In this document: positions 9,701-18,985 of the stretch, in pieces | Layout of the letters: every line of letters begins with the position of its first letter | Position numbering within the stretch: the first letter of the stretch is position 1 | NCBI GenBank assembly: GCA_000092065.1 | Contig: CP000599.1 | Length of the DNA: 64,000 nucleotides | Strand: one strand, 5' to 3' | DNA from: Ostreococcus lucimarinus | Taxonomy: Eukaryota | Translations under genes and position numbers: made by a program | The notes under the pieces: generated by a model | Told to the model about the DNA's origin: nothing | Databases searched by the model: none | Seen by the model: only the letters and a program-made list of their open reading frames with translations

Positions 9701-12276
9701 GCGGCGAGGGTCACTTTCCTCAATTCGAACGCGGCGTCCCGCTCCACGATTTCGGCGGCGCGTTCAGCCTCGCGAAGCATGCGCGTCAAGTCGGAAACTT
9801 GCGTCTTCAATTCGGCGTTTTCCGTCATCAACGCCTTGACACGCCCTTCGAGTGCGCCGGCACGCATATCATCGCGCTCAAGCGCCTTGTTGGCCGTGCG
9901 AAGTTCGCTGACTGCGCGCTCGAGTTCGCTGACCTTCGCTTTGAGTTGCTTTACGCGCGCGATGGCTTCGTCCTTGGCGATTTCTTCCGAGCGAACGCGG
10001 TCTTTGAGTTTTGCCACCTCATCGACAGTCATCCCAGATACACCTTCGAGCTCGGAGACGCGCGCATCCGTCTTGCGTTCGACTTGAGTGCGTTGGTACG
10101 TGTACTCCAACTGCACTTTTTCCAGACGCGAAGTCACCTCGCGGCACTCTTCGCTCAATTCATCGTTCCTCGCGTTGGACGCCTTCAGTTCGTCTTCCAA
10201 ATTACGCACGCGTTCGCCCAAGTTGCGCGCTTTTTCGTCGCTCTGCGAAGCAGACGTCATGGATTTTGCGACAAGCACTTGCAACTCTTCTTCCATTTCC
10301 TTTACCTTGAGCTGCTCCGCTTCGAGTTTTTGCGTGAGAGAGAACTCAACTGCCATTTGCTTCCCGAGCTCTGCTTTGGCGGTTTCCAAGCTCTGAAGCG
10401 CTTCGTCGACATCTGTTTCACTGGTGGTGCGCTTGCTCATGAAAACGTTGATATTTTCGATCCAAGCGGCGACGGGCATGCCGACTGAGGTTTCAATAGA
10501 CGGAATTTCCGGCGATGACTCCGGCTGCGTTGGCTCTTCCTTCGTCTCCGTCGCTTGAGCTTCGATCTTGGCTTGTTCGCGCTCGCGTTCTTCCTGCGCC
10601 GCCTTGGCCTTAGCCTCGCGTTCCTCCTGCGCCGCCTTGGCCTTAGCCGCGCGTTCCTCCTGCGCCGCCTTGGCCTTAGCCGCGCGTTCCTCCTGCGCCG
10701 CCTTGGCCTTAGCCGCGCGTTCCTCCTGCGCCGCCTTGGCCTTAGCCGCGCGTTCCTCCTGCGCCGCCTTAGCCTTGGCCTTGGCCTCGCGTTGTTGGCG
10801 CTCGCGTTCTTCCTGCGCCGCCTTGGCTTTGGCTTCGCGCTCTCTTTGAGACGCTTGGGCTTTCAAATCGCGCTCGCGCTGTTCGCGTTCACGTTTCTCT
10901 ACGAGTGCCTTTGCTTTGGCTTCGCGCTCGCGCTGCTGACGCTCGCGCGTCTCCTCTTGCTCGCGTTTGCGCTTCAAGCGGTCGAGCTCCGCCGCCTTGG
11001 CTTTCGCCTCGCGCGCTTGCACGGCGCGAATCTCCTCCTGCTCGCGCAAGAAGACGGCATTCTTCATCGCTGCCTTTTCAGTGTCTCGGGCTTTATAATA
11101 GACGTCGATCGCCGCGAGCACAGACGCCGGAATCTTGTTGCGAGGCGTCTGTTCTTCCATATCGGCGATAGTCTTGCAAACGGCGGCGTCAAGCTCGTCG
11201 CTCGAAGCCGCGAGCTTAGCCGCGAGCTCTGGCGCGCCCGAGATTTGCGAAAAAGCCTCCGCGAAGTCCAAACGAAGCGCTTGTCGACCTTCGGTCGTGG
11301 TGAGCAAACGCCTGTACACGGTGCCGTAATACGCCGTGACGACGAAACCGACGAGCTGTTCGAGCGCCGCGAGCGGCGGGTTGGATTCTAAACTCGACAA
11401 AACGGCGTCAATGGAAACCGTGGACAACACCGCCGTGACCGCGATCCCGGTCACGGCGCTGTACGCCACGCCCTGACGCAACGCGCGCTCGCGCGTGCGC
11501 TCGTACTCTTCCCAACTCGAATTCGCCTCGGCGTCGAATTCGCCATCCTTGTACTTTTTCAAATCCTCCAACAAGCTCGTCGTCTCTTTCGCCGTCTTCG
11601 CCGTCAGCGCCTTCACCGTCGCCTCCGCCTCGCTCTCATCTTTCGCCGCGAGCAAACTCGCGATCTTAGAGCTTATAAACGCCGCCTTCTTCGCCGCGTC
11701 CGCGAGCTCCGCCGGAATCGCTTCGTCTTCGTTCGCCCGCGCCTCCCGCGTCGATCGATCCAGCACTCGCCTTCCCGCGTCTCGCGCCCTCGACACCACC
11801 GCCGACGACGTCTCCGACTCTTCCTCTTCGTTTCCCGTCTCTCCCGTCGCTTTCACGATCGCGATTCGCTTCGATTCGCGTCGTCGTCGCGCCTTCGCCG
11901 CGCCTCGCGCGCCTCGTCGCGCCCCGCCGTCGATCCTTCCCGCCACCGTCGCCGCGATCGCCATCGCGACGCCCCCGGACGACGCGAGCGGTCGCGTCGC
12001 GTCGACGCGCGCGCGCGCGGTCGCGCTCGGTGCGCGCGCGCGACGAGCGCCGCGCGCGGGATCGGCAGACGGCGCTGCGATTTCAAACTTCGCGCGTCGA
12101 TTTCGTCGCGAAACCGCGTCCGCGGCGCGCGAGATTCGCGCGAGGCGCTCGCGTTCGCGCGCGCTCGCGTTCGGCGCGCGCTCGCGTCGCGCGTCGCGCG
12201 CGCGTGTGCGGTCGGCGAGGCGCGCGTTCGACGACGGTCGACCGCGCGGGTGGGTAAACAGTGCGGTACATTTCAT
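6727..12276 (-). CDS. giant coiled-coil protein with SAP motif and C-terminal tandem duplicated domains (N-terminal boundary uncertain)
   Basis: A heptad-rich coiled coil runs for roughly 1100 aa, interrupted by an 11-aa repeat (AKAKAAQEER/A)n. A SAP-like DNA-binding motif follows (LSKMKRDELIAECAARGLDATGLAAELRSRLRDA). Two tandem copies of an ~85-aa module close the protein (RYDNAALCLADTF...GAGITKIELETLALVL and RVIDGAKYDDKALSIADAS...GAGATAREIATLVYI). Confidence 0.6.
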   Translation of the reverse strand: MKCTALFTHPRGRPSSNARLADRTRARDARRERAPNASARERERLARISRAADAVSRRNRRAKFEIAAPSADPARGARRARAPSATARARVDATRPLASSGGVAMAIAATVAGRIDGGARRGARGAAKARRRRESKRIAIVKATGETGNEEEESETSSAVVSRARDAGRRVLDRSTREARANEDEAIPAELADAAKKAAFISSKIASLLAAKDESEAEATVKALTAKTAKETTSLLEDLKKYKDGEFDAEANSSWEEYERTRERALRQGVAYSAVTGIAVTAVLSTVSIDAVLSSLESNPPLAALEQLVGFVVTAYYGTVYRRLLTTTEGRQALRLDFAEAFSQISGAPELAAKLAASSDELDAAVCKTIADMEEQTPRNKIPASVLAAIDVYYKARDTEKAAMKNAVFLREQEEIRAVQAREAKAKAAELDRLKRKREQEETRERQQREREAKAKALVEKREREQRERDLKAQASQREREAKAKAAQEERERQQREAKAKAKAAQEERAAKAKAAQEERAAKAKAAQEERAAKAKAAQEERAAKAKAAQEEREAKAKAAQEEREREQAKIEAQATETKEEPTQPESSPEIPSIETSVGMPVAAWIENINVFMSKRTTSETDVDEALQSLETAKAELGKQMAVEFSLTQKLEAEQLKVKEMEEELQVLVAKSMTSASQSDEKARNLGERVRNLEDELKASNARNDELSEECREVTSRLEKVQLEYTYQRTQVERKTDARVSELEGVSGMTVDEVAKLKDRVRSEEIAKDEAIARVKQLKAKVSELERAVSELRTANKALERDDMRAGALEGRVKALMTENAELKTQVSDLTRMLREAERAAEIVERDAAFELRKVTLAADQRRRELEHQYANEERRIKNLEADAKKAIENSARLEKQFATLLDEDKTARELYDAKREAEVAMEDAATARAALAKVEAKLETRSANEQSYATLKMSRALDAASAETKQAQAQLQEMRDSVAQMERSLNESSRAEKEQMKSEIERLRAEKESALETLKSAEARAESQALELRQALARVQEEKAAAQSRLDGEQNARLSDMAKLQETVARLTEEKSAFERELANAVDSTALDASRAECETLRGQLQAKTDELNKAEKAASESARTYASEISSLKSASSAEKDAINAAAANEALRRQGEIDRLVEERNDVRNALAELEAKAAENAVASEKERERIAEALRVSEAKLATAVDSSEARIAEIRAKYDELVAEKSEVDRAYAESKKSIDDAMSQSEQNVAAARTAVAQVEERFTALEVEIKRLRAEKSRVDARLVEETSKSDGLVSDIERLVEEGSARELSAASAAEAFESLKGQLTDAERRASEANARFEALKAKTASLVEASELEAARDDARRAENAWREKLRIAELEQEELRDEIERTRAEASEATRLRSMSDELERKLAEADDRASELARELRSEQEAAAAALAAIAAERDELTRNLTEARAKVEASSSALNDDVERELRADLARMEARLAAAEDDADVARERAQEEFAVEAQTIAERAASDLAEAESRFATQLEELEAKLSSATLAIKEAEAKTEALAKRAAKAETAAERASGAQVPAPSTPTPVIVSTETSSPGVDAASEERPAIVFEPSSLTALSKMKRDELIAECAARGLDATGLAAELRSRLRDARLTEKNALTQQQRAQKRKAPQGFYRTVGGVRYDNAALCLADTFMAERGEIDRAGAEKIYESVFDGAGITKIELETLALVLAGGGGRYAYVLSDAAATYLQPRIDARREEIESGLTKSASKQYRVIDGAKYDDKALSIADASVKKSGAVSLAAAERVFDAVLDGAGATAREIATLVYIAESMPPASDDVTAYLTLKINELRAR
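10581..10850. repeat. 33-bp coding tandem repeat x~8 (unit gcgcgttcctcctgcgccgccttggccttagcc), inside the giant coiled-coil gene
   Basis: Near-identical 33-nt units start at about 10585, 10618, 10651, 10684, 10717 and 10750, with two degenerate flanking copies. On the minus strand each unit encodes AKAKAAQEER(A). Confidence 0.85.
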
Positions 12277-12315
12277 CGGTCGGTCGGACGCTCGACGGCA
12301 TCGATCGAGTCGCGC

Positions 12316-12877
12316 TCACGCGGCGGGCGCGCTCGATCGCGTCGGACGCGAGCCTCGTAAGCGCGGCTGTCGGACGCGCTCGAAGAATTCTTGCCAAAAC
12401 GGGAGCTCGTACGCGCGACCGACCTCGCGAGCGATGTCCCACGCCGAGACGAGGCCGACGAAGACGCCGTCTCGGTCGGTGACGGCGACGTGGTGCACGC
12501 GATTGCGCATCAGCACGGCGCTCACCTCATCGCGCGTCATCCACGGACTCGCCTGAATCACCGCCTTGTTCGCCACCGCGCCGCACGCGCAGTCCATGGG
12601 AAGCTTTTCGAGCCACCACTCCAGCGCGTCCGCCTTGGTGACGACGCCGACCGGTTTCCCGGCGTCGAGCACGCACACGCACCCGACGCCGTCGTAGGCC
12701 AGCGCGTGTACGACGCTCTCGATCGTATCGTCCGTCGTCGCCGTGATGCACCTGCGCGAGCGAAACGCGCGCGCGCGGTTCAGTCGAACGTCCTCGCGCG
12801 CGCCGTCGCCTCGTCGTCTCGCGCGTCGCCGCGTCGCGCGTCGTCGCCTCGCGCACGCACGCGCGCGCGGGGGTCAT
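12316..12877 (-). CDS. CBS-domain pair protein; proposed 2-exon model complement(12316..12751), complement(12861..12877)
   Basis: The CBS pair is clear: CITATTDDTIESVVHALAYDGVGCVCVLDAGKPVGVVTKADAL ... VSAVLMRNRVHHVAVTDRDGVFVGLVSAWDIA. The CBS reading frame has no in-frame ATG upstream. An ATG at 12877-12875 in another frame can be joined by a 109-nt intron (GTGCGTG donor at 12860, CAG acceptor at 12754-12752), giving MTPARA|CITATT.... This is inference. Confidence 0.55.
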
Positions 12878-13014
12878 GAAATCTCGGCACGTCGGCACCA
12901 TCGTCGGCGAGTCGCGCGTTCGGTCGGTCGGTCGGTCCGTCGGTCGCGCGTTCGTTCGTTCGGTCGCGCGTCGAGCTTTGCGAACTCCCCCCCCCGTCGG
13001 TTCGAGGCGCTTTG

Positions 13015-13100
13015 ATGCGTCGTCTAAATATCTAATTATATGGCCCTATACCATTCTTAGTACGGTCTCGTACTCGTATTTAAGTATACATACCATCTGT
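13015..13100. promoter_or_regulatory. AT-rich bidirectional promoter island between CBS gene(-) and ARM-repeat gene(+)
   Basis: taaatatctaattatatggccctataccattcttagtacggtctcgtactcgtatttaagtatacataccatctgtatacatagg. Confidence 0.35.
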
Positions 13101-13308
13101 ATACATAGGAGAGCCGTTGCGACGCCCGCGCGGCACACGTCCACGCGCGCCCGCGTCCTCGCGCGGCGCCGGCGCGCGCGCGCGCGGCGCGACCCGATCG
13201 TGTTCGCCCCCGCGCGCGCCCGCATGCGCGCTCGCGCGCTCGAACGCGCCGCGGACGAAGGATTCGACGAATAATCTTTAGAATTTCACATTCGCACTCG
13301 CGCGCGCG

Positions 13309-15375
13309 ATGTCGCGCGACGCGCTCGGAGAACGCTCGACGCGGACGTTGACGGCGTACGGACGTCCGTCGACGTCGCCGCTGGCGGAGAGCGCGAGAGA
13401 ACTGGCGAGGACGACGATGGCGGGACGACTTCGGGACGCGGCGACGACGACGCGACGAGGACGGCGAGACGACGAGGGCGAGGACGAGTACGAGAGCGCG
13501 ACGACGACGAGCGAGACGACGAGCGCGACGGCGAGTTTGATTGGGTCGTCGGTGATCGAATTCGGGCGCGAGCGGGAGGGCGCGAGGAGACTGCGGGGGA
13601 GGGATCGGTTCGGAACGGCGGCGCGGCGCGAACGATTCGAAGAGTCGAAGCGAACGGCGAAGACGCGAGGGACGTTTGACGTGGCGGAGAACGCGAGATT
13701 GGCGCTCGAGGCGAAGGAGGCGCAGTTGCAGAAGATGGCGGCGCGATTGCGAGCGTTGGAGCGCGAGCGGGAGCGGGAGCGCGGGCGTGAGATGGACGAG
13801 GAGCGGGAGACGTTTGCCGACGCGGCGAACGATTTAGAGGGGGAGATGGCGGCGGCGATGGCGAGGTTACGAGGCGACGCTGGCGGCGCGACGACGTCGC
13901 GTCAGCAGACGACGAAGTCGTCGCGCGCGCGCGAGGACGCGGGCACGTTTGCGTTCGCCCCGGATGCTTTCGCGAGTCGCGACGGCGACGACCCCGCGAC
14001 GCCCGAGCTGCCGCGCGGGCGAGGCAAAGCGGAGGAACACGGCGATGACGTCGAGATGACGAAGACGCCGGAGATAAAGCCGATGCACCCACCGCGCGCG
14101 CCACCGTCAGAGCGCTCGGACGCCGAGATTTCGGAGTCGAAGACGCCTGAACCGATCAAACCAGGCGTACGCGTGGACGGCGGATACCTCACGCCGAGCG
14201 GTCGAGTCGTCGGGAGCGCGTTGAAATCGGGTTCGTCGAAGCCGAAGACGCCGAACGAATCCAAGTCCGTCGTATTCACACCCGGAGAGATCGCGCAGTA
14301 CTCGGACGCGGGAACGCCGTTCGACGCGGCCGATGTAGAAGAGTTGCGCGCCGAGCTCCGCGAAGTCAGGGCGGCGCTCAAGAGCGCGTTCAGCGTGAGT
14401 GAAAAACTCGTCGCGCAGTGCGAAAAGAAGAATAGGGAGATCAAGGAAAAGAATACGAGCGTCATGCTCGCGCGCGAGGAGCTGGAGAACGCGCGCGCAG
14501 CGCTCGAGCGAGCGCAAAAAGAAGCGCTAGAGGCGAAGAAGTCCGTCGCCGGCGTCCCGGCGGGCGATCTCGCCGAGGCGTACGAAAAGAGCAAACGTTT
14601 GAATAGCGAACTCTTGCGCGTGATGCGCGCGTCGATCGGGGTGAATGTCGAATTAAGTCCGGACGTTGTGTTCGCAATTCTACCCACGCTCGCGAGCTTA
14701 GCCGTGCGGGGAGACGTCGCCGAGGCCATGGCGCAGGGCGGCGCCTTGGACGCCCTCGCGGGAGCGTTGGATTTGTTCGCGCACGACCCCGCGGTTTGTC
14801 GCAAAGCCATCGCCGCGATCGAATCTATTTGTCGCGCCGGATCTCCCGACGCTAGCGGGGCGACTCAAGACGAAGAGATCATCGCCATTCGCTCGAGATT
14901 GACGAACGAAGCCGTGGACGCGTGCGGCGCCGCCGTGGCGCGATGCGCGTACGATCACGTCGCCGACGCGCGATTGAGCGAAGCCATTTGCGCGCTCGCG
15001 CACGCGTTCGCCGAGATCGGCGATTATGATCGCGTTCAGTTCTTGATTGGACGTGAATGCGCGCTGGTGCAAGCGATTTGCAAGATCTCTAAGACGCACG
15101 AGCACGACGAGCGAACGCAGCGCGCGTCTTCGTTGGCGCTCGCCGCGTTCGCCGCGTGCGACGAGAACACCAAGCGCGTCGTCGAAAGTCTCGGTGGCAT
15201 CGCGCTCATCAAGCGGTGCGTGCAGGAACTCGGAATAGATGACGCGCAGCGCGCGTTTCCGCACGTCAAGCGATGGATTTCCGGGAAGAAGACGCGCGAG
15301 GACAGAGAACGCGGCGCCCGCGGTTTCGACTCGGACGACGGCGAAGCCGACGTCGACGTCACGGGAAATCTATGA
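13309..15375 (+). CDS. hypothetical protein with N-terminal coiled-coil and C-terminal armadillo/HEAT-like repeats
   Basis: ATG at 13309. The N-terminal half is E/R-rich coiled coil. The C-terminal ~250 aa shows repeated helical units (ALDALAGALDLFAHDPAVCRKAIAAIESIC..., ICALAHAFAEIGDYDRVQFLIGRECALVQAIC..., VESLGGIALIKRCVQ) typical of ARM/HEAT folds. Confidence 0.5.
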   Translation: MSRDALGERSTRTLTAYGRPSTSPLAESARELARTTMAGRLRDAATTTRRGRRDDEGEDEYESATTTSETTSATASLIGSSVIEFGREREGARRLRGRDRFGTAARRERFEESKRTAKTRGTFDVAENARLALEAKEAQLQKMAARLRALERERERERGREMDEERETFADAANDLEGEMAAAMARLRGDAGGATTSRQQTTKSSRAREDAGTFAFAPDAFASRDGDDPATPELPRGRGKAEEHGDDVEMTKTPEIKPMHPPRAPPSERSDAEISESKTPEPIKPGVRVDGGYLTPSGRVVGSALKSGSSKPKTPNESKSVVFTPGEIAQYSDAGTPFDAADVEELRAELREVRAALKSAFSVSEKLVAQCEKKNREIKEKNTSVMLAREELENARAALERAQKEALEAKKSVAGVPAGDLAEAYEKSKRLNSELLRVMRASIGVNVELSPDVVFAILPTLASLAVRGDVAEAMAQGGALDALAGALDLFAHDPAVCRKAIAAIESICRAGSPDASGATQDEEIIAIRSRLTNEAVDACGAAVARCAYDHVADARLSEAICALAHAFAEIGDYDRVQFLIGRECALVQAICKISKTHEHDERTQRASSLALAAFAACDENTKRVVESLGGIALIKRCVQELGIDDAQRAFPHVKRWISGKKTREDRERGARGFDSDDGEADVDVTGNL

Positions 15376-15459
15376 TGAATCTTAGTGTTGGCTATTTATA
15401 ATCTAATTTCTACTAGCAGCGATCGAACGAGCGTTTCGCCCGACTCGGCCGCGCCCGCG

Positions 15460-16600
15460 CTAACTCGACGCGTCGTCCGAACGTTTCTCTCGCGCGCCGA
15501 TGAACGCCGACATTTCCACCGCCGCCGTTCGAGTCGGCGACGCGTACGCGTCGTCGTCGTCGTCGTCGTCGTCGTCCATCGTCGCGCGCGTGAGCACGAC
15601 GAACCCATCGCCCGCGGCTCGAGCCCCGCCCTCGTCGTCGCCCTCGTCGTCGTCGCTCGCGAAATCGACGTCGTCCGCGAGATCTCCCAACCCCGTCTGC
15701 GCGTCCTCCGCGCCGACCCCCCGCGCTCGCGCCGAGAGCCGCGCGCACCCGAACGCCGTCGCCAACTCCACCGCCATCTCCCCTCGCGCCGGGTGCGCCA
15801 ACACGAACACGATCGCGTGCACCGCCCCCTGCGACGTCTTACACGCGACGTGCGCGCACGCGAGCCACAGCGCCGGCTTCGCTCGCCCCGCCAGCGTCGA
15901 CGCCCGCAGCGCCGTCCCCGGCACGTTCGTCACCACCTGCGCGATCGGGTACCACGCCAACCGTCGCACGTACGTCCGCAATCGCGCGTGCGCTCGCCGC
16001 GCCGTCGCGTCGTCGCGCCCCAACGTCGCCTCGAGCGCCGCCGCGCTCGCCATCCCGCGACGAATCGCGCGCCAGCAGCGCGCGTTGTAACAAAACGCCG
16101 CCCAAATCGGGACGTAATAAAAAACCAACCGGATTGTCGCCGCGCGCCTCCCCTCCGATTTCACGTGACACCGCCCCAGCCTCGAATCGCCGTACGCGTT
16201 CGCGAGCATCGGCGCGAGCGCCGACGCCGCGCACGCCGTCCACGCGAATCCGTCCTCGCGTCGCGCGTCGCCCCTCGCGCGTCCCGCGCGCAGGCTCTCC
16301 ATCAGCGCCCGCGACACGAGCGCCGCCCACACCGCGCCGGCGACGCCGAACGTCTGTATCAACGCGCCCTGCAAAGCGCAGATCGCGCCGCCGCGCGCGC
16401 CGCGATCGCCGAGCGCGCACGCCGTCGAAAACATCAAATCGCTCAGCGCCAATCGTTTCACGTACGCGTACGTCCTGCCGCGCGTACTGCGCGTCGCGAT
16501 CGCGCCCGCGAGGAGCACGAACGACGCGCCGGCGATCGACGCCGCTGAAGCGACGCGGTTCGTCGCGCGCACGATCGCGCGTTCGTCGGGCGTCCACGAC
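15460..16600 (-). CDS. seven-transmembrane receptor-like protein (GPCR-like) with acidic poly-Asp C-terminal tail
   Basis: I count seven hydrophobic helices from MSWTPDERAIV (ATG at 16600-16598) onward: SIAGASFVLLAGAIA, LALSDLMFSTACALG, ALIQTFGVAGAVWAALV, AWTACAASALAPML, LVFYYVPIWAAFCY, WYPIAQVVTNVPG and LWLACAHVACKTSQGAVHAIVFVL. The track ORF continues upstream (16601-17727) but that part is Arg-rich and overlaps the USP gene, so I exclude it. Confidence 0.5.
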
Positions 16601-16839
16601 ATTGTGGATTGAAAATTCGCGATCCGATGATTCGCGTCGCGATCGCGCGGCGTTCGGTTCGACGCGCGTCTCGATCGTCTCGGAACGTGTTCGCGATCGT
16701 TTACGACGCGTCGACGCGTCGACGCGCGGCGCGCGCGCGGCGCGATCGCGCGATTCGACGCGGGGGCGATCGATCGACGGCGGTGATTCGCGGACGCGAA
16801 CGCGAACCGTCGCGATCGGACACTCGGGTATAGGTATTG

Positions 16840-16910
16840 TGTTTCATATGATAAATATAATGTATAGAACGTGATAGTAATAAAAGGTAGTCGTATATAT
16901 AGGATGCACG
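16840..16910. promoter_or_regulatory. AT-rich bidirectional promoter island between 7TM receptor-like gene(-) and USP(+)
   Basis: gtataggtattgtgtttcatatgataaatataatgtatagaacgtgatagtaataaaaggtagtcgtatatatagg. It shares GTAT(A/G)GGTATTGTGT with the SOD/CCS island. Confidence 0.4.
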
Positions 16911-16956
16911 TCGTGCGCGACGGCCGGCCGCGACGGTTCGCGCGACACGACGACGC

Positions 16957-17767
16957 ATGGCGAACGCGACGGACGCGTCGGCGATCGTCGACGACCGCGC
17001 GACGACGGCCGACGACGACGACGACGTGACGAGCTCGATGCGCGCGCTGCGCGTCGGCGACGACGGCGAGGACGAGGACGCGCCTCGACGCGCGCGAACG
17101 ATACTGTGCCCGGTGACGGAGCGCGACGACGACGCGAACGCGGTGAAGTGGGCGCGCGATAATCTCGTCGACGCGAAGCGCGGCGATTGCGTGCACTTGC
17201 TTCACATTCTGCCGCGGCGAACGGAGGCGGTGGCGGGGTACGCGTACCCGATGATGGGGGCGCCGACGCGGCGAGGTGGGCGCGTCTCGTCTCGCGCGCG
17301 CGCTCTCGTCTCGCGCGCGCGCTCTCGTCCCGGCGGCGGCGGCGAAGGCGCGAGACGACTGACGGTTCGGTTCGCGAACGCGAGCGCGCGCAGCGTGCGA
17401 AGAGCTCGAAGACGCCGAGCGCGAGCGCAAGCGATTGGATCGCGTCAGGGCGAAACACTGGATCAACGCAAAGTTTGGACGAATGTTGCGCGAGAGCGAG
17501 ACGCCGTACCTCGTCGATTTGACGTGCGGATCGCAGGGGAACGTGGCCGTCGGCGAACTCATCACGGCCGTCGCGGAGGCGATCGACGCGGACGTGATCG
17601 TGATGGCGACGCACAATCGAGGCGCGCTCGCTCGATTCTTCGTCGGATCGGTGGCGAATTTTTGTTTGCGAAACGCCACGATGCCCGTCGTGCTGTTACG
17701 TCCGGGCGAGTACGCGCTCGATCGCAAGCGCAGTCATCACCGCGTGTTGATCGACAGACACGATTAG
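16957..17767 (+). CDS. universal stress protein (UspA-family); proposed join(16957..17275, 17394..17767)
   Basis: USP N-terminal motif ILCPVTERDDDANAVKWARDNLVDAKRGDCVHLLHILP lies in frame 1. The USP C-terminal motif PYLVDLTCGSQGNVAVGELITAVAEAIDADVIVMATHNRGALARFFVGSVANFCLRNATMPVVLL lies in another frame. A 118-nt phase-1 intron (GTGGGC donor at 17276, CAG acceptor at 17391-17393) joins them. That join gives 54 aa between the two conserved blocks, the same spacing as in a plant USP I aligned from memory. Confidence 0.6.
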
Positions 17768-17833
17768 ACGAGTCGCGCGCGCGGGCGCGAATCGATGAAA
17801 ACGACGATCGATTTCTTTACAAACACCGTCAAA

Positions 17834-18920
17834 TCACGTGAGATCGTCCTCCTCGGCTTCCACGGCGGCGACGATGCGCTTCTTAGCCTTTAATAGCATC
17901 GTCGTCTTCCAACCGTCGAGCCTGGACATGGAGTCGAATTCCGCCACCGCGCTCGAAAACGCGTCTTGATCGCCCGCCTCGAACGCCTTGGCGCAATTCA
18001 CCAACAAATCGCGCTCGCGCGACGACGCGAACGCCGGGTCGCTCTCCTCGTATCGCTCGCACGCGTTCAGCACCCCGACGGCGTCGTTCCAGCACAATCG
18101 ACAGATCCCCGCCTGTAAAAAGTACCCCTTCACCGAGAACCGCAGTAAATTGTTATTCAACGACGCGCGTCCGACGTCCTCAAAAATCTCCGTCGCCTCT
18201 TCGAATCGATCGAGCTTGCTCGCCAGCAGCGTCGCCGCCTTCAGTTTACAATTATTCCCCGTCGTCCGTCCCGAGTCGCCCTCGCCGTCGTACAGATCCG
18301 CCGCGCTCGAGAACGCCTCCACCGCGCGTTCATCCCCCTCCGCCGTCCCCAGGCTCTCGTACGTCTCGCCGATCTCCTTCAAATGTTTCGCCGCCTGCGC
18401 CAGTCGTCCCAATCGCGCGTACGCGTTCGACGCTTCCCTGTAGTGTCCGATCGCCTCCTCGTTCGCCCCGCACTTCTTCAGCATCTGCGCGCAGTCCACG
18501 TGCGCCGACGCCGCGTCGTGCGTCTCCTTCGTCGTCGCTCTGCACGTCGCCAGCGCCTCGTACGCGTCCGCCGCTCTTCGCCAGCTCTTCGCCAGCTTAA
18601 ACGACGTCGCCGCGCGCTCGTACAGCTCCGCCGCCTCCTCGTGCCTGTTCGCGCCCGTGATCGCGCTGAAGAATCCAACGCTCTGTCGTCGTCGTTCAGT
18701 CGGTCGCGCCGTCGTCAGTCGTCCTTCGTTCCTTCGTTCGTTCGTTCGTTCGTTCGCATTCATTCATTCATTCATTCGCGTCGATCGTTCGCGTCGAGCG
18801 CGCGCGTTCGCGCCGCTCGAGCGCGTCCGATCGCGCGCTCGCGCGCGCGCGTCGCACCCTGAGTTTCTTGGCCGCCGCGGCGCAGAGCGCGTCGCCGCGC
18901 GCGAGATCGTCGTCGCCCAT
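17834..18920 (-). CDS. alpha/gamma-soluble NSF attachment protein (SNAP); join(complement(17834..18682), complement(18858..18920))
   Basis: Exon 2 (SVGFFSAITGANRHEEAAELYERAATSFKLAKSW...DGWKTTMLLKAKKRI) is collinear with alpha-SNAP throughout. Exon 1 (MGDDDLARGDALCAAAAKKLR; ATG at 18920-18918) aligns with the alpha-SNAP N-terminus (...EAMALLAEAERKVK). The intron is 18683-18857 (175 nt) with a GTGCGA donor and CAG acceptor, and it contains a (CGTT/CATT)n microsatellite. TGTAA lies 16 nt after the stop on the minus strand. Confidence 0.75.
18700..18790. repeat. tetranucleotide microsatellite (CGTT)n/(CATT)n inside the SNAP intron
   Basis: Plus strand reads tccttcgttccttcgttcgttcgttcgttcgttcgcattcattcattcattcgcg. 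Confidence 0.8.
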
Positions 18921-18985
18921 CGATCGATCGATGCGTCGCGCAGTGCCGCACACGACGACGCGACGCGCCGACGCGTCGACGTCGA

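Noticed and set aside
12527-12901. Minus-strand ORF MVPTCRDFMTPARACVREATTRD... overlapping the CBS gene region.
   Set aside because: Apart from the first codons (ATG at 12877, used in my 2-exon CBS model), its translation is Arg-rich junk. The CBS-domain homology is in a different frame.
16601-17727. Upstream 1.1 kb of the 755-aa ORF (the 7TM gene).
   Set aside because: It is Arg/Ser-rich and non-homologous, and it overlaps the well-supported USP gene on the plus strand. The 7TM protein begins naturally at the ATG of MSWTPDE (16600).
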